From assembly GCA_002633005.1 (NCBI GenBank), contig NMRA01000088.1:732437-796436 (forward strand): 64,000 bases of DNA. Reading direction: 5' to 3'. The translations under genes were made by a program, and so were the position numbers. The stretch comes from Phoronis australis (taxonomy: Eukaryota; Animalia; Phoronida). Positions 37,881 to 51,900 of the stretch are shown here, piece by piece. The notes under the pieces were generated by a model that worked only from the letters and a program-made list of their open reading frames with translations, was not told the origin of the DNA and did no database searches. Position 1 is the first letter of the stretch, and each line of letters begins with the position of its first letter.

Positions 37881-38247
37881 GAGTCTATGGTTATATTATG
37901 GTCGGAATGGGGCACGGCGTTATGTTATCCGTTCCATTCTTATTGTATCTTACTTTGAACTTTGAGCCGCCGAAGCAGCGCTCAATGAAACTTCAATAAG
38001 CAAACACTCCAAATATCGTGTTAGCCTTTAGTCAAACAACATCCAACCAAATTTGCCGGAGTGGATTCAACACACCCTACTGCGCCCTAAACTTTTGGAA
38101 TCTTTAAACCACGACGGCTTTTGAGTTTTGATGGTAATGTTAAATCGATTACAGTGACCACCGTGTTTGGTTGGTTATGCTTTGATGGATTTAAAGCCAT
38201 TACAATTTTACTTGAAATAGGATTTTTATCTCCAGTGGCTGAAAATC

Positions 38248-38402
38248 CGCGTTAAATACATATTAAACTACATGTGTTTTTATATGGGTGAATGTTATTT
38301 GTCGAGGTTGCTGTGCCGAGTAAATATTTTCATGAAGCCCAATGCCTCGAAACCGAGGCTAATAACATTCACTCAAACACGTGTAGTTTAACATATACCG
38401 CA
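38248..38402. repeat. Palindromic MITE-like element
   Basis: TTAAACTACATGTGTTT..GGGTGAATGTTATT pairs with AATAACATTCACTCAAACACGTGTAGTTTAA. Confidence 0.7.
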
Positions 38403-38519
38403 TATTTATGTTTTAAACCACGTGTTCGCCAACTCCCGTACAATAAACGTGTCACGTGACCGTACAATAACCTAGGTTAATCCCTGGACACGGGACACGG
38501 TAATATTGTGTGGGCTTAT

Positions 38520-38632
38520 CAAAGGGACTTTATCGTAGAGAAAAGTGAATTTCTGAGATTAACCTCAGCGCGGAATCGAACCAGCAACCCTCGCGATCGC
38601 ATTTTAACGCTCTTTTGGTGGAGCTAAATCCC
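38520..38632 (-). mobile_element. tRNA-derived SINE-like head
   Basis: Reverse complement GGGATTTAGCTCCACCAAAAGAGCG...GGTTCGATTCCGCGCTGAGG has degenerate A and B boxes; the downstream part resembles 53135-53232. Confidence 0.55.
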
Positions 38633-38757
38633 ATTCGGTAAATGGCGAAGTATTTTAATCGTATTTAAATGGTAAAATGTACCGGCTTTTAATTCTTCAA
38701 ATGCCTGACATGCAACGGCGAGAGTTAGGGATTTGAAATAAAAAAGGCTGTCGGATC

Positions 38758-39147
38758 AGGCAGTCTTCCTCAAAGACTGTCGATTTCTTCTGCACAGTCT
38801 GCAGATGAGAGAAGGAGGTCAAATCCTACAAATCATCAAACAGGAGATGCACATTCTAAGCAGCAAAACCACCGTTGTGCTGCAATGGATTCCCTCCCAC
38901 TGTGCTATCAGCGCCAATGAGGAAGCGTACCGTCTCTCTAAGACAGGAAGTAAACTGGAACAGACAGCCCACCAATCATGGAAAAGCAAAGAATTTGCAG
39001 CGAAGCCACTTCAGAAATACTTGGCGGAACCGTCTGCGTCTGGGGGCTGAAGAAGATTATATCGACCAGCTGAACCGACAACAACAAGTCACCATCTTCA
39101 GGCTAAGAATTTGCCACCGTCAACTCCTTTCTCACTATAACTACTAG
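38758..39147 (+). pseudogene. Non-LTR retrotransposon (I/Ingi/Nimb-group) ORF2 fragment: RNase H and C-terminus
   Basis: AVFLKDCRFLLHSLQ...VVLQWIPSHCAISANEEAYRLSKTG matches the RNase H WIPSH.GNE.AD motif. After a frameshift, LNRQQQVTIFRLRICH matches the RLRTGH motif. Confidence 0.88.
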
Positions 39148-41350
39148 CAGCATTTCCAATCCAGAGGAAACACGAAACAACGAAACGAAAAATAACGAAC
39201 GAACCCCCCCCCCACTTGTGGTACATAAAAGTTCCCCCACTGGCCGGCCAGTCGAAAGACAAGCGGATAGTCAGACGCCCGCGCACACGCGCACACGCAC
39301 ACGTACGTATTATGTCATGTCCATACTTCCTAGTGGTCTCCGACCAGCATCTGGTGTCCGCTGCTGTATCTCTAAAACCCCTTGATTGGTGCTCGGGAAA
39401 TACCGTGTTACTGTCACTGGTGGGACGACATATTAAACTGTTCATTGACGGATTGTCATGGAGTTTGGTAAATAGGTTTCTATTATGGATACAGCACCTT
39501 TCCATTTTCAGACAAATTCTACATCGTCGGAAAATTGACGAATCTCGTACTTTCCTTCGAGTGTTTTTTTCTTTTCAATTTCAGGCGATGATATTGGTTA
39601 GTTTTCGAGTCGAGTCTTGAATAACGTTTGGTGGTTGCCATCCCTGGGAAAAGTTGTTGGGCAAGATCTAATTAAAAAACATAATTGCGTAATTTTGAGC
39701 CCGGGCCCAGGCACGTGCAATATTTTTTCCTATTGTCAATAACTGGAATTTTCTTCGCGTTCGTCAACACGTAATCATAGGCAATATCTGTCTGTGATTA
39801 ACAGAATGATTGCAATAAGACAATTTCCTCTTCGTAGCAATTAAAGAGGATGCGAACACGCGTGAGTCCAAAGAGCAGAACTTTTCATTTAGACCACATA
39901 ACGCCACAAAACTGATCTCCCTAATAATCACCATTGGCGTCCAACTTGAGTGACAAAAGCAGGATTCAACTAAAAACTTATATTTTCTTTGTCACAGATA
40001 GGATATAATGGTACTTGTTGGGTGGTCTTTCCCTACAGTTGCCGTGTAACTCGCCTAAAGCACAGGTCACACTTGCCCGTTTAGCAAACTTTCTAAGGAA
40101 TTTTCAAATTTTGCTAGAAATATTTCAGGGTTGTTGAGCGTTACAGAGCATTCTTTTGCTTCAGAGGACTAGATGGGAACATCATTTTTAGTATTTGTTA
40201 ACAGGCCAAAACCGGGTTTGGTATCCTTTTAAATATGAATTCAAGATAAATGACTTTCATTTTATGCTCGACTATATCAAGGTTTACTTTGATACATGTC
40301 TAATCTAATAGTCATTATTATGATCTTGAATTAGATGCTCCACCTACGTATACTATATTGTACTTGAGCATAGATACTTATTTTGAGTTCAAGTATGTAC
40401 AAGCATGTACGAGCAGAAAATGTTAAAGCCAATTTGGAATTCGAGTTCAAATTCATAGGTTAGATATAGGAATAAAGATAATCCATTTAGGAGAGTATTC
40501 GTTATGCATAGCAACCGCAAAGAATTTTCGATGTGGAAGAATACGCGTTTCGGCTTGTATGTTATTTATATTTTTGAAACGGACTATGCCAAACTGTTCA
40601 AGGCAAATCACGTGCCTCAAGCACGGCGCCCAGCTTATAATCTGTGGCGAATACAGTTTTCTTCAGAAAAAATATGATTTTGTTAGCTGATACTTTCAAA
40701 GGCGCTTTCGCATATTGACAAGCGTAAGACGAACATGTATATTTTAATGGGCGCTACATAGTGACGTACTCACTGCGAATAAGAATGGACGTAAACTACA
40801 TAATAAATGGATTTCTTATAACATAAACCAGTTCATTTGTCAACGTCACAAGTTAATTGGTTGAGTTTTTAGAAGATATTAATTTATCATTCCCTAGAAA
40901 TTTCGGCAAACTTATTAACACACAGGTCGTGGTCCATGTGTCACATATAGACAAGCTCTCAAAAGCAAATATCTGATCAAGACTTGTAAAATAACAACTT
41001 GAGTTTACCAAAGAACACTTTGAAACTGATTCATGTTCCGAAGTTCCGTTGTGTCATGTAGTGACTGAAATCACATACACCTGCTTCGGAAGTACGTTCA
41101 AAGCGGCACAAATAGCTTTCTGGGGTTCTTTGGATGTGCAAGTTGTTCAGGTCAAAGTCCAAGTTTCTATATTTTTTTGAGAAACTGGTGTGACTCAAAG
41201 TTAAACACTGAAAACGGTTTGAGAGGTGGTATAACTGCAAGACAAATCCTTTCAAACGTGTACGACAGTTGTCGAGCCGAGCGTTCTATAAATACAGGCT
41301 GTCCGTGACGTCATTCCCAGACAACCAGCACTGTGGTCTCACGTATGTCT

Positions 41351-41918
41351 CTCGTTGGTTCCCTACGTGCCTAGCAAGCACGCAGGTATCACGAAGTGGC
41401 ACGCGCTTTAGCATCGATTGGTGTAACCTCAGCAGTCATTAGTTAGCGTTACAACACCGTGAAAAAAATGGCGGACTGTGAACGATTTTTGACCTCGTCA
41501 TGCAATTGACGTCGCGGCAATTATTTCGTTTCTGCAGTGATGTTTAATAGAAGCGTGCTTGAAGCACATACATGTGCAATAAACACATATCTGGCCGATT
41601 TAACCGATGTGTTGTTCATACTGTATGAATACAGGACAGTGTCGTAACCAAAAGTCATCGACAGTAGAAAGATGCACTCCGAAAAGGCGCAACCTCAACT
41701 TCTAGGATTCCCATTTCCTGAACATAAATTTTAAGCACTGATTTGCCTGTACAACAGACCACATTTGCACTTCAGTCCATCAGTCATGTCAATTTGTTTG
41801 CGTAAAGCGCTGCCTAGCCAATCAGAAACGCCGGTGTAAAAAAAATTTCCCGAGGAAAATTACGTGATACCTGCGTGCTGGCTACCGACCACCTAGCGGC
41901 ACGCAGGGAACCAGCGAG
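41351..41918. mobile_element. Non-autonomous TIR element with 10-bp TSD, copy 2
   Basis: Colinear and highly similar to 562-1168. Flanks ACGTATGTCT (41341-41350) and ACGTATGTGT (41919-41928) match at 9/10. Confidence 0.92.
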
Positions 41919-42954
41919 ACGTATGTGTGTGCGTGTGCGTTTACGTGTACGTGTGGGTATGTGAGACGTTGTGAATAAAAACCATCCCTATAGAAAGCAA
42001 GTCCACGTTTATAGCGGTAGGTTTTGGATGATAGCTATCCCACAATACTTTGCTTAGAACGTCATCAGTGTCACTGTCATTCTAGTGTTTGGTCGTTCTT
42101 CTGTGTTCACCTTTTAGGTGTGTGGTTTTCACTGATTATGTTATATTAGCAAAATAACGAAGCGTTTGGACCTTGTATATAGCATATAGTGTTGTAAATA
42201 TGACTCCGATATTGTACATGAAGTCACTGGTAACTTTAAATTGCCGCTCATTTCTTTAATCATGCATTATGACAGTTATAAAATGAGTGCCAATTATTAA
42301 GCGGTCATAAGACGAAACTCGTCTCATATCAACCGTTATTTGGCATTTAGTGATCCCCAAAGATTGTGGATTTCAAGTTGAAAGTTTGTGAACAGATGCT
42401 GAATGGTAAGGGTTCATGGCGCGACTTGAAGACTTCTCATCTACTGACGAACTTGAAAGGACCAGGCGGATATGTTCAAAATTAAGGAATTTGTGTTAAT
42501 ATATAATTATTTCTAAACAATGAGCTTCAACTGCGTTGTAAGTTGACTGAGCGGACATGCTTTTCTGAATTAAATATCTCGGGGTTTTAAAACTTCTACG
42601 CTTCAAATAATTGACCTATCGCCAGGACTTTGAGTGACAGCTTTACTGATCAATCAGAACGCATCATTCTTGACACACCTTTGTTTCCAAGCCGCCATTT
42701 TACCCGACAAACAACACGTCGCCGGGTAAAACTTATTGTTAGTTTGTCGACTTTACGCAAGGGGGCGGAGCTTGCGATAGGTCCTTCAGGAAAATACTGT
42801 CCACCTATCTTCAGAGAAAGCCTGAATATGGAAATTCGTTATCTTTGAGACACGAAGAGGAAACTCTACATACTCTATATAAGTACGAATTATCAGTCTT
42901 CATACACGTTATATATTGGTCACATCAGTTGAACTATAGTTGAGTCTGAAAGAT

Positions 42955-43034
42955 CTCTGTCCCGACAGGGGTTCGAACCCGGGGCTTTATGCTAACCGTG
43001 TGGACACTCTAGTCCACTGAGCTATCTCGACCAC
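42955..43034 (-). mobile_element. tRNA-derived SINE head or tRNA pseudogene
   Basis: Reverse complement GTCGAGATAGCTCAGTGGACTAGAGTG...CCGGGTTCGAACCCCTGTCGGGAC has good A and B boxes but no clean anticodon arm. Confidence 0.6.
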
Positions 43035-43395
43035 CGTTCGATTACAGAAATCCAAACAGACTTACACAAGGCACCTTACTCAGACTTGGGAGTAAAAATA
43101 CATGTATATAATTGCGTTGTTATAAAGACTGGTAATTTTTATTTATAACAGCACAATCTTATTCTCTATGTAACCTCACTGTACAATGGTGTGAGGAAAA
43201 TTGGTGCTTAATCCGGTTTTATCGATTAAAAGATTTTATTCCTTACTTGATCACTTAACTCTTCGAAACGCAATAAATTTTTGTAACAGTTGTATGCAAC
43301 AAGTTAGGCGACTCATTTAAAAATTTTACTAAATTGGCAAGCGTTGCTGCCGTTTTTACCTAGAAATCATTGTTGTAATTTGGAACTGTCCACCT

Positions 43396-43823
43396 GTGCC
43401 CGGTTGCATGAAACAGTACCGAATAGGGACTCAACTAAGTTCCCTAAAACCTAAAGAGTATTTTTGGATTTGTGAAAACATCGATTGCCCTTTCTTGTAT
43501 TGTTTTAGTTTCATTACAAAGTCAACTTTTAACTTTGATACTAATCAAGAGTGAACTCTAAGTTGACTTGTTAAATTATCGAAAATAATTAGGGAACTTT
43601 TCAAGCAAGATCCCCAAATTAAGGACTGAGTCCCTATTTATTGTCAATGAACTCTGTGCTCAGTTTTCAGTTATGTTATTAGAAAGTGTCATTAATCAAA
43701 GAGGAGCTCATGATGAAATGATAGGAAAATATTGCATCTGTGAGTCCATAAAGACACAAATACGTGAAAAGACTTAGGGACCTTAGTTGTGTCCCTATTT
43801 AGGACTGTTTCATGTAACCGGCC
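43396..43823. mobile_element. PIF/Harbinger-type MITE, family A copy 2
   Basis: TIRs CCGGTTGCATGAAACAGTACCGAATAGGGAC and GTCCCTATTTAGGACTGTTTCATGTAACCGGCC; homologous to 5549-5957. Confidence 0.88.
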
Positions 43824-44579
43824 ACTCGAACCTTCAGAAGGACGTTGTGATGGTAGGAAGCAGATTAGCTGCATAATAAAGATGAATGATTTGTAGTTTT
43901 GAACTTGAGATGAAGCTATTTTGGTACGCAGCCGCTGTCAAACCAATGTTGAACGCAATTCTAAACAAAAGACAGGACTACTGCCGACACAAAACAGGAC
44001 CACACGCAGGCACGGTTCCAGAGGGAGTGTATAGTTTTTGTATTTTTGCAATGGAGGCTTTCTAGGTCTGCCACTGACAGTCCCCTTCGATCATGGATCA
44101 TCTCCTACGTCAAGTTTGCTACCCTGTACCTGATTCTCCGTTAAGCAAGGGGTCCCACACAAAATGGGGACCCGCATCATGCTATATGGGCTCCCTCGAA
44201 ACGTTGTGTTGACTTGAATGAACGAAAACTGACGACAGAAGCTAGGGGCGAAAATTGTGGTAACAGGGGGCAGCTCGGTGGTGTGGCGATCAGGGAGTGC
44301 AGCTTGGAGGACGGTGGGTTGGCAATTGTGGCTCCTAGGAGCAGCTCAAATACCACAAACCCACATTTGTGAGCTAAGAGAAACTTTATTCGGATGTTTA
44401 GTGATGACGTGTCATGGCATGGCAGCAGATGACGCAATTTGGACCCGGAAATAAGAATAGACATGCCGTCACACTGGGTCCAAAACGTCATAACGTCATG
44501 CTAAACATTACTATAGTTATGTAGGGCCTTATTGACAACACTATGCAATTAGCAAAATTTCTACAAACTATAGAAATTA

Positions 44580-44995
44580 AGTTGTTAAAAGTATGTATTT
44601 TTTAAAAGTAGAAAGCCTGGAGACTTTGACTCTTAACTTCACCCCATTAACTGGGTCGCATGACTATGTCTTTTTGTTAAAAAGGTACATTCATAGCAAA
44701 GCAAGGCCATCCGATCAGTAGCTTCACTAAATTTCTTTTGATACAAATGTTCAAGATGGGCTTTGAAATACGCTGTTACATTTCATAAAATAACATTGCA
44801 ACTTATGATTTTTTCATAAAAGTCACGACAATCCCGCTTCTGTGTATCCTCGTGTAAAAATGGAACAATTTGAAAACAATTCCTAAAAACCATTTTGGAG
44901 AAAACTGCATAAAGCATTGTATGAGAAAGTTTCATCTGAATCCAACCACCCACTTATGAGATGTGACATTCAAATTTGGGCATTCTTCTTGGGTC
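44580..44995 (-). repeat. Old dispersed repeat family C (inverted copy)
   Basis: AAAGTAGAAAGCCTG...GAAAGTTTCATCTGAATCCAACCACCCACTTATGAGATGTGACATTC matches 57880-58323. Confidence 0.7.
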
Positions 44996-45339
44996 TTACG
45001 TAGCCTTAATCCGGCACTATCACTACCCCCACGTGTGTTGTTCATGCGCTTTCCACAATCTCGCACTTTCATTGCGCAATGTGTACAATGTACGCAAAGC
45101 TGTTGGAGTATTGAAAATGAGTCAGTGTCCTTCAACAGGGTAATGGTTTGCAGTGATCTAATTAAACAAATACCGTACAATAAAATAATTACTTTTAGAC
45201 GGATTTAGTGAATCATTCACACTCCGTGGTGTTGAAATTCTGATGTCATTAACCCGGTAAGTCATACGATCCTTTCATTGGTTGACCAGACTCGAGGGAA
45301 GGGGGGTTAATGGTGTGCTTCGCCTTTGTCATGTTCGGC

Positions 45340-45515
45340 AAAAAAGAGAGAAAAGAGCGTGGGAGTTTATTAAGACCTGGGCACAAGTTATTACTTCAAA
45401 AAGAAAGACGAAGGGGAGGAGATCATTAAAAAGACATGGGAACTGGTTATTACTTCAAAAAAGAAAAAAGAGGGCGGGGGAGCTAAGTAAAAAGACATGG
45501 GTACCAGAAATTATT
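45340..45515. repeat. Degenerate tandem repeat, ~60-bp unit, ~3 copies
   Basis: AAGACMTGGG recurs three times and GTTATTACTTCAAAAAGAAA twice at ~60-bp spacing. Confidence 0.75.
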
Positions 45516-48229
45516 TTTGTTGCAGCTTGAGTTTGCGTTATTGCGTTGTTGGCTATGCTTTACTTGATTAAATTTATGCGATTGGTTAAAAGGGTGGTTT
45601 GCAGTCAAAGGTCGCTTTAAGGAATCCACCACACCTCCGAGAGGGGATGACCATCGAAAACGCCCAAGTCAGTCGCCGGAACTAATCGCTAGAGCACAGG
45701 GGCAAACCACCCATTCCAAGTTGAAAGATCATATCTTTCTATTTTGGGTCAATGGTTTAGTTTGTTTGAGCCATTTTCGCAATTTTAATATTTTTGCCAT
45801 GAGGAACAGCGCAGAAATTTCGCGTGGGTTAAAGAATGTATTTTGATAGTGGAGTAACCATCAGTGACTAACGAGTGTACAAACAACGGGCAATCGCTTA
45901 TATTTAGTATCATTCGAATGACATTGTAGATATGTATACAGTAGTGAAGGTTTCTTTGCTAGAAAAGTGAGGTCACTTATGTAGTCGTCGCGAAATATCG
46001 CTTCGCATTAGAGGCTTTACTCGTGAATGTCTTGCGTTTTTGGAACGCGTCTCGGCTCATTTCTCCACAATATGGAGATGATAACTGCATTGTTTGAAAA
46101 GATCGATGTTATAGTTGAAGGCATTTTTAAGTCTAGAAACTAGATATTCTTCAACATATTCCAACGCTTTTGTTCTCAATGCAGCAACTACGTGGAAAAC
46201 AGTACCTGATGTTTTGAGTCTTAACTCAGAGAATGTGAGGATACTTAACCCAGTTTTGGCCTATTAGCTCTCTAAAATAAAATAATGTTATTTAACCCTC
46301 GCCAACCCTCAAAAGCTTAAGAACAAGTTTGAAAACTTTTTTATTAAGTCTGCTGGACCGGCAAACGTGACTAACGCTTTACAGAGCTAAGCCCCGGTAA
46401 CACCGAATCGCGCGACTATTTCATCGCTCGACTATTTCATCGCACTACTGATTTACGATTTGGTAGTGGCACGACCAGTCTCCATGAAGTTTCTTTGATT
46501 TTGAAGTGATCGTGCGTGCTTACTATATATCGGTGGTAGGTAAGCGTGCGATAAGTTGCAATATCGGTTGCACAATCGATCGCAGGTCAGTCTTGCGAGT
46601 AGTGCAAGCTATCATTGTTGGTCGTGCAACTGACCATGGTAATCAGCTATCATAGTACGACTGGGTGTGCCACCAAATAAAATACTCAAAGAATAAAGTG
46701 TACATTCTGAATTTTTGGCTTAAATAAAAAACGCTATTAAACACGTACGTCACTATTCACAAGTATTTCAGCGCTTTAGAGAAGGTTTTGGTTTCAGAAG
46801 TTGAACACGCTTTTACGATCTTACGGTAGAAATTGCAAAATAAGCTCTCACTTGTTTGTTTCAATTTTTTTTGCCATGACAACAATTGATTTCTACAGAC
46901 AAAGGAATTAAAGGGTCGCCTGCCATTGACTTAGAACCGCCCAGTTTTGGAGAGGTTGGTCAAAGCCGTCAAAAGTGACGTTTTTGACACTGTTTTCAAT
47001 ATCACTTGTTTTTGTCATCATGAAAAGATTTGAGACGTGGTTTGTGCCTTTGATTAACCTGTTTCATTACTTTAATTTTGGGAAGTGAGCAAAGAGGATG
47101 TGGCCCTTTAATAGGGTTGTGTCATACCGGATAACAGAATATAGCGGTTACTGTCATTCAACCCATGTAAGATAACCGGTGTAATGTCGCGTATATTGTC
47201 ATAAAAAATCAGCAGTATTGTTCCTCACCCACTTATTAGCATGAGTACCTTTGCATTTCAACCTCACAATAATTTAATTCGTCTTATCGGAACTCAGCAA
47301 AAGTCAGTTGTTTCCTGTTTACAGTTGTTTTACTCTCAGGCTTTCCTCATATCGTGATTATCTTGTAAGAGTGGCTACGATCGCCGCCAAACCGGAATGT
47401 CCCATTATTTATTATAATTCACGGCGAAATCGAGGGTTTGACATTAAGCGGGGTGCACTGGATTAAGAAAATGGAGTATTTTATACCGTTCTTGTTCCCC
47501 AAAAATAAGACAGGATGTACTTCCGGAAGCAAGGGATCCATAAAAGGAAAATGAGCGAACAACAGCAGACGACTTGGATATTCATAAAAAGAAAGCCTCA
47601 GAATTCTCATTTATTTAAGCGGACCATAGAACTCATCAAATTAAACTAATCGCAAAGCTGATAGAACGACCACTCGTTAGGCCGTGCCACTAGTCAGGAA
47701 AGACTGATCATAAGATCTCATTGCTGGTGGTGCCATCAATTGCCTGGTGATATGAACAGTTGAGCCACGACTGATTCTGCGACCATTGAAGATGCTAGTA
47801 CAACCTCAATGCGAGCAGCTGCGACCTACATGTAAACATTGGTCGATACTGATTTTGAACATGTTCAATAACCACCCACGACAGATTTTTCAAGCAGTGA
47901 TCAGCTCCAGTTTCTTTTCTGTGGTTCATCAAAATTTCAGTCGCAAGTCTGTCGAAACCTGGTCAATACTCATTATGGCCGGAGATTAACGCGACAACTA
48001 AGTGGAAAGACCACCAACCAAAAAGTGTCAGGGAGAAAGTATTTTGAGTTGAATAGTGCCTTCGTCACTCAGATGAAACACGAATGGCGCATAAACAGGG
48101 AGCACAAGAATGATTCGCTGAAGTGACTTAAACAAGGTTTAATTTTTAACTCTAAAAGCGACCCTTAAGGTGGTGTAAGACCAATATCATTAATTTAGTT
48201 AAGGTTAACATATAAAATAAAATTGCAGG

Positions 48230-48445
48230 GGTCTGGTACACTGTGTGCAAGACGTGCGCAGGCCGCGCATGTGGGCTCATTGCACTGATCACCTGGAATC
48301 ATTTTATGGTTTATTGATATGTAGCTAAAACTGAGCTGAGGAGTTAGAAACCTCACTCAATATTCTAGCAGTGTGGCCCAGTGGTACTCGAACCCACGAC
48401 CTCGAGTAAAGAAAGCGGACACCTATCACACTAGGCCGCACTGCC
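48230..48445 (-). mobile_element. tRNA-derived SINE
   Basis: Reverse complement head GGCAGTGCGGCCTAGTGTGATAGG...GAGGTCGTGGGTTCGAGTACCACTGGGCCAC (A and B boxes), followed by a ~140-bp body. Confidence 0.55.
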
Positions 48446-48474
48446 TCCTCTTAGTTATGGTTATGTAGTACCTT

Positions 48475-48970
48475 AGAAAAATGTCCAAATTTTGCTAAGT
48501 TCGGAGCATTATATCTCAGAAATGGCTTATTGAATTGACATGAAACTTTCAGATATTATGCTTTATGCACCCCAAATGCTGTGAGAAAATGGTCTTGAAA
48601 TATCCCACCTTTACATGTGGAGCTATCAAAGATTGGACTTTTATGATTTTTTTTAAATTAAAAGTTGCACAAAATAGAAAATTAAAAGACAACATATAAA
48701 ACTGCTACAGCTCTTTGAAATTTCTTGCTGAACATTGATATCAAATAAATTTGATCATGATTTTTATACCGTCGTTTTGCTATCAATGTACCTTTCATTT
48801 ATCCTATATTTTACTGAAAATATCTGATCACATGACCTGATCAACAACGATTGGTAAAAATCTAAAATCAAATTTTGCAGCCTCTCCGCTTTCAGAAAAT
48901 ATTCATTTTTAAAGAACTAAAACCTGTAATCTTCTTCATGTTTGTCTAAATATACAGAAACGTCGATAAG
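48475..48970 (+). repeat. Old dispersed repeat family C
   Basis: AAAAATGTCCAAATTTTGCTAAGTTCGGAGCATTATATCTCAGAAATGG..CATGAAACTTTCAGATA; reverse complement matches ~58240-58315. Confidence 0.7.
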
Positions 48971-51900
48971 TTATTATTTAACCATTTAAATACTGGATCG
49001 TTGTAACGAACTGCAATAAAAAGCTTGACGTCCTGTTGGCAAGGTGAAGCGAAATGTAGGATTTTCTTCGTTGGAAAACGATAAATAATTAAATCCAGGG
49101 AACCAATTCCCTTTGCTTTTCAGTGAATTATTGGATATAATTAGTGTATCCCGTCGAAAAAGTTGAACCACACGATAGAAACCACATGTGTTAGTTGAGA
49201 AACCAGTCTGACCCAGCACCACTTTGTGAGGTGGATGCTGCTAGAACAAATTCAAATGATAACGGCCTTTCTCAGCCGGAACCAATCTCAGAACGGTGGA
49301 CACTAAAGAGGTACAAATAAACCGAGAGAATTATCTGTGCAGTTTTCCTTTGGCCAACAATATCCCGGGGTACTTTCATGTAGTTCCATAAACGAACATT
49401 TAGCTCCGCAAGTGGTTCGCGAGTGTCGTGGATATACGGAGCGCAGCCCAGATAACGGCGGGGGAAGTCCCTACGATAAGGCAGATAGAGTCGAGGATCT
49501 TAATAGCGGCTATCACTGTGATAGTGTTATTAGTGCGTGGACGGATTGTTATCATGTGACAAAACATTGTATCGTGTATCGATTTGACGCTTAGATCTTA
49601 GATTAATATTTCCAAACATCGAGGTTCGTGGTATTTGCATTTGATTTAAACTGAATTTCAATCTGGTGTTTAAAACCATGAGCACTAATTTTAATTTTTT
49701 AATGAACTTTTCAAGAAATATAACCAATGCATAGCTTTATGTATCGACAGGAAAGAAGTACGAAGCATATTCACTTGTCCGCTAGTTGTTCATATAAAGC
49801 CAGGGCCCTGGCATGGACAATCACCCCCAGCATGGGGTACTCATTACTACCAATAAAACACACATGCCGACTAAGAGGTTTTGATGTCACACTCGTGTCT
49901 TGAGTAATCAAATCAACATTTCAAAAACAAAACAAAAGGCTCTGGAATCGCCATAGGCGTTGCTCATAAAGCCTCGGTTTTTGGGGAAATATTTTCCACG
50001 TTTGTCGTGGATGAATAAAATGCAGTCGCAACTCATAGCCTTTGGGCATAAGGCACCACAAAACTCAAGACTTCAATGGCGTTTCCTAGCTTGAAGAATA
50101 TGTTGTAAGACTCTCGTGCCAGTCACTGAAAGTTACCAATCTTTTGCCATTGAGACGTTTCCACCATGTCACTTTCAAGAAAATAATGCTTCATTACGCT
50201 CCTCAAAAGATTTGACATATAGACGAGCTTGTAATTGAGAAGCTGCGGCTGGAAAGTTCAATTAACTGACTCGAGTTTGTAGTATTGTGTACCGTTACCA
50301 CGTGGTAGTTCAATGAAAATGTAACAATTAATATTATGTGTCTAGCATGTCGCACCATAGGAACACCTTTTAAATTTACGGTTTCTCTTGAACTATGAAC
50401 TTTTTTCCAGTAATTTTAGCATGCGACTTTATTAATAACTTATGAATTACTATGAAAACACTACGTTTATGTACCAATTCCGAAAGAAGACGGTTGCTAT
50501 ATCTCAACACTAATTCCTTGGCTTCAATAATAAATGTGGTTTTATTCTAGTTGATGGTCTTAAATGTCTGCTTCTAAAAACGTTGCATTGTGGGCATTCT
50601 CTCAGAATAAATTTTCTTTAATGATACTCGTAGTGTTTTGTTTCAGGGGAAGAGCGTCATCAAAGTAACGTGTTCTCGATCCAATCCGGTTTAAATTTAG
50701 TTCCAGATGATTTTCTTTCAATACGTAATCCAGAGTTTTGAGATGACCAGAATTAAATATGCAATTTTCAAAATAATTTTCGAATTTCTGGTGGTGTACC
50801 ATCAAAATGGCCGTCAAAATTACGCGCCACTGAACTTCACTTTTTTAAACTGGTAGTTATATATGTAAAAACAGAAATTCATACAGCACTGTAATTTAAG
50901 ATATGTTCTTATTTTAGTGATGTCTTTCGTTTGATGAATCTCTTCCTGGGTTTTAAAACGGAACTGAACGAAAGAGTGTCTAAATTTTTTCATTGTGTAT
51001 TCAATCCCCAAATCCCTTGGTAGCTACGGAATAGCCCGATTTTGCTACAAAACCCCAGTTACTAACGATATCCTTACCCTCGAAACCACGTGCGTTTCCG
51101 AAGATAACAATTCTAATCGATCGTCCGAGAGCATTGTTTATTGTGCCTGTTAATTACCGTCTCGAGGGTTATTAAATGTTTTCATAATGACGTGCTGAAC
51201 TCGTTACTGGGCGCAATAATTGATTCTGGGGCTCACGTGATTTCAACATGATGTTCCGAAACAACGGACTCATTAGACAAAAACCTATTAAGCACAAACG
51301 CAAGCGGGAAATGTATTTCGGAAAATTTCCCAACAAACGTATAGATTACGAAACCTTTCGCCTATTGTTATCTTGATTTGTGCTGTGAAGATGTCTTAAA
51401 TTTGGCAGAGTTCTTATTAGTTACGGTAAGACAATCGCCTCTTGAAAAAGTCATAGAAAAATGACTAATTTGATCAATACTTTGGCGAGACATGAATGAA
51501 CATTTACCGTATCTAAAATGCAATTTCAACCAAAAAGTAACATTTTTGCTCTGTAAATGTAGCAGCTAACAGCGCTATTTGATGCAAAATGATTAATCTG
51601 GACTCGACTAATCTATTAGTCGGTGTTGTGTCGTCAACCACAGAAAGTAGTTCGTTGTTATTTCACAGCAAAATGAAGCAGTTCGTCACTAGTTGAGTGA
51701 ACCGAAACTGTATCTTTAAACTCGGTTAATAACACTTACGGTTTAGTTTGCTTATAGTCACAACAAAACAGGAAAGTCCCTTGGTTAAAACGTGTGTTTT
51801 TTAATCATTTCGCATATTTCTACTCACTATGTATCAAAGTTCTTTTGTTGATGATTTTCAAAAATATGTCTACCTACGTTTCATGCTTCTAACATTCTGT

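Noticed and set aside
39098-39620. Two antiparallel ~135-aa ORFs
   Set aside because: No domain features; they overlap repeat-like sequence next to a LINE fragment.
42955-43034. Functional tRNA gene
   Set aside because: A and B boxes are present, but the anticodon stem does not pair and no poly-T terminator follows. The same applies to the tRNA-like heads at 38520, 48371 and 53135.
45340-45515. CRISPR-like repeat-spacer array
   Set aside because: Eukaryotic context, only ~3 units, spacers homologous to each other, and no cas genes.
50581-50594. Second ZNF143/Staf-like motif as a promoter
   Set aside because: No associated exon or other promoter motifs. It also lowers confidence in the similar motif at 58791.
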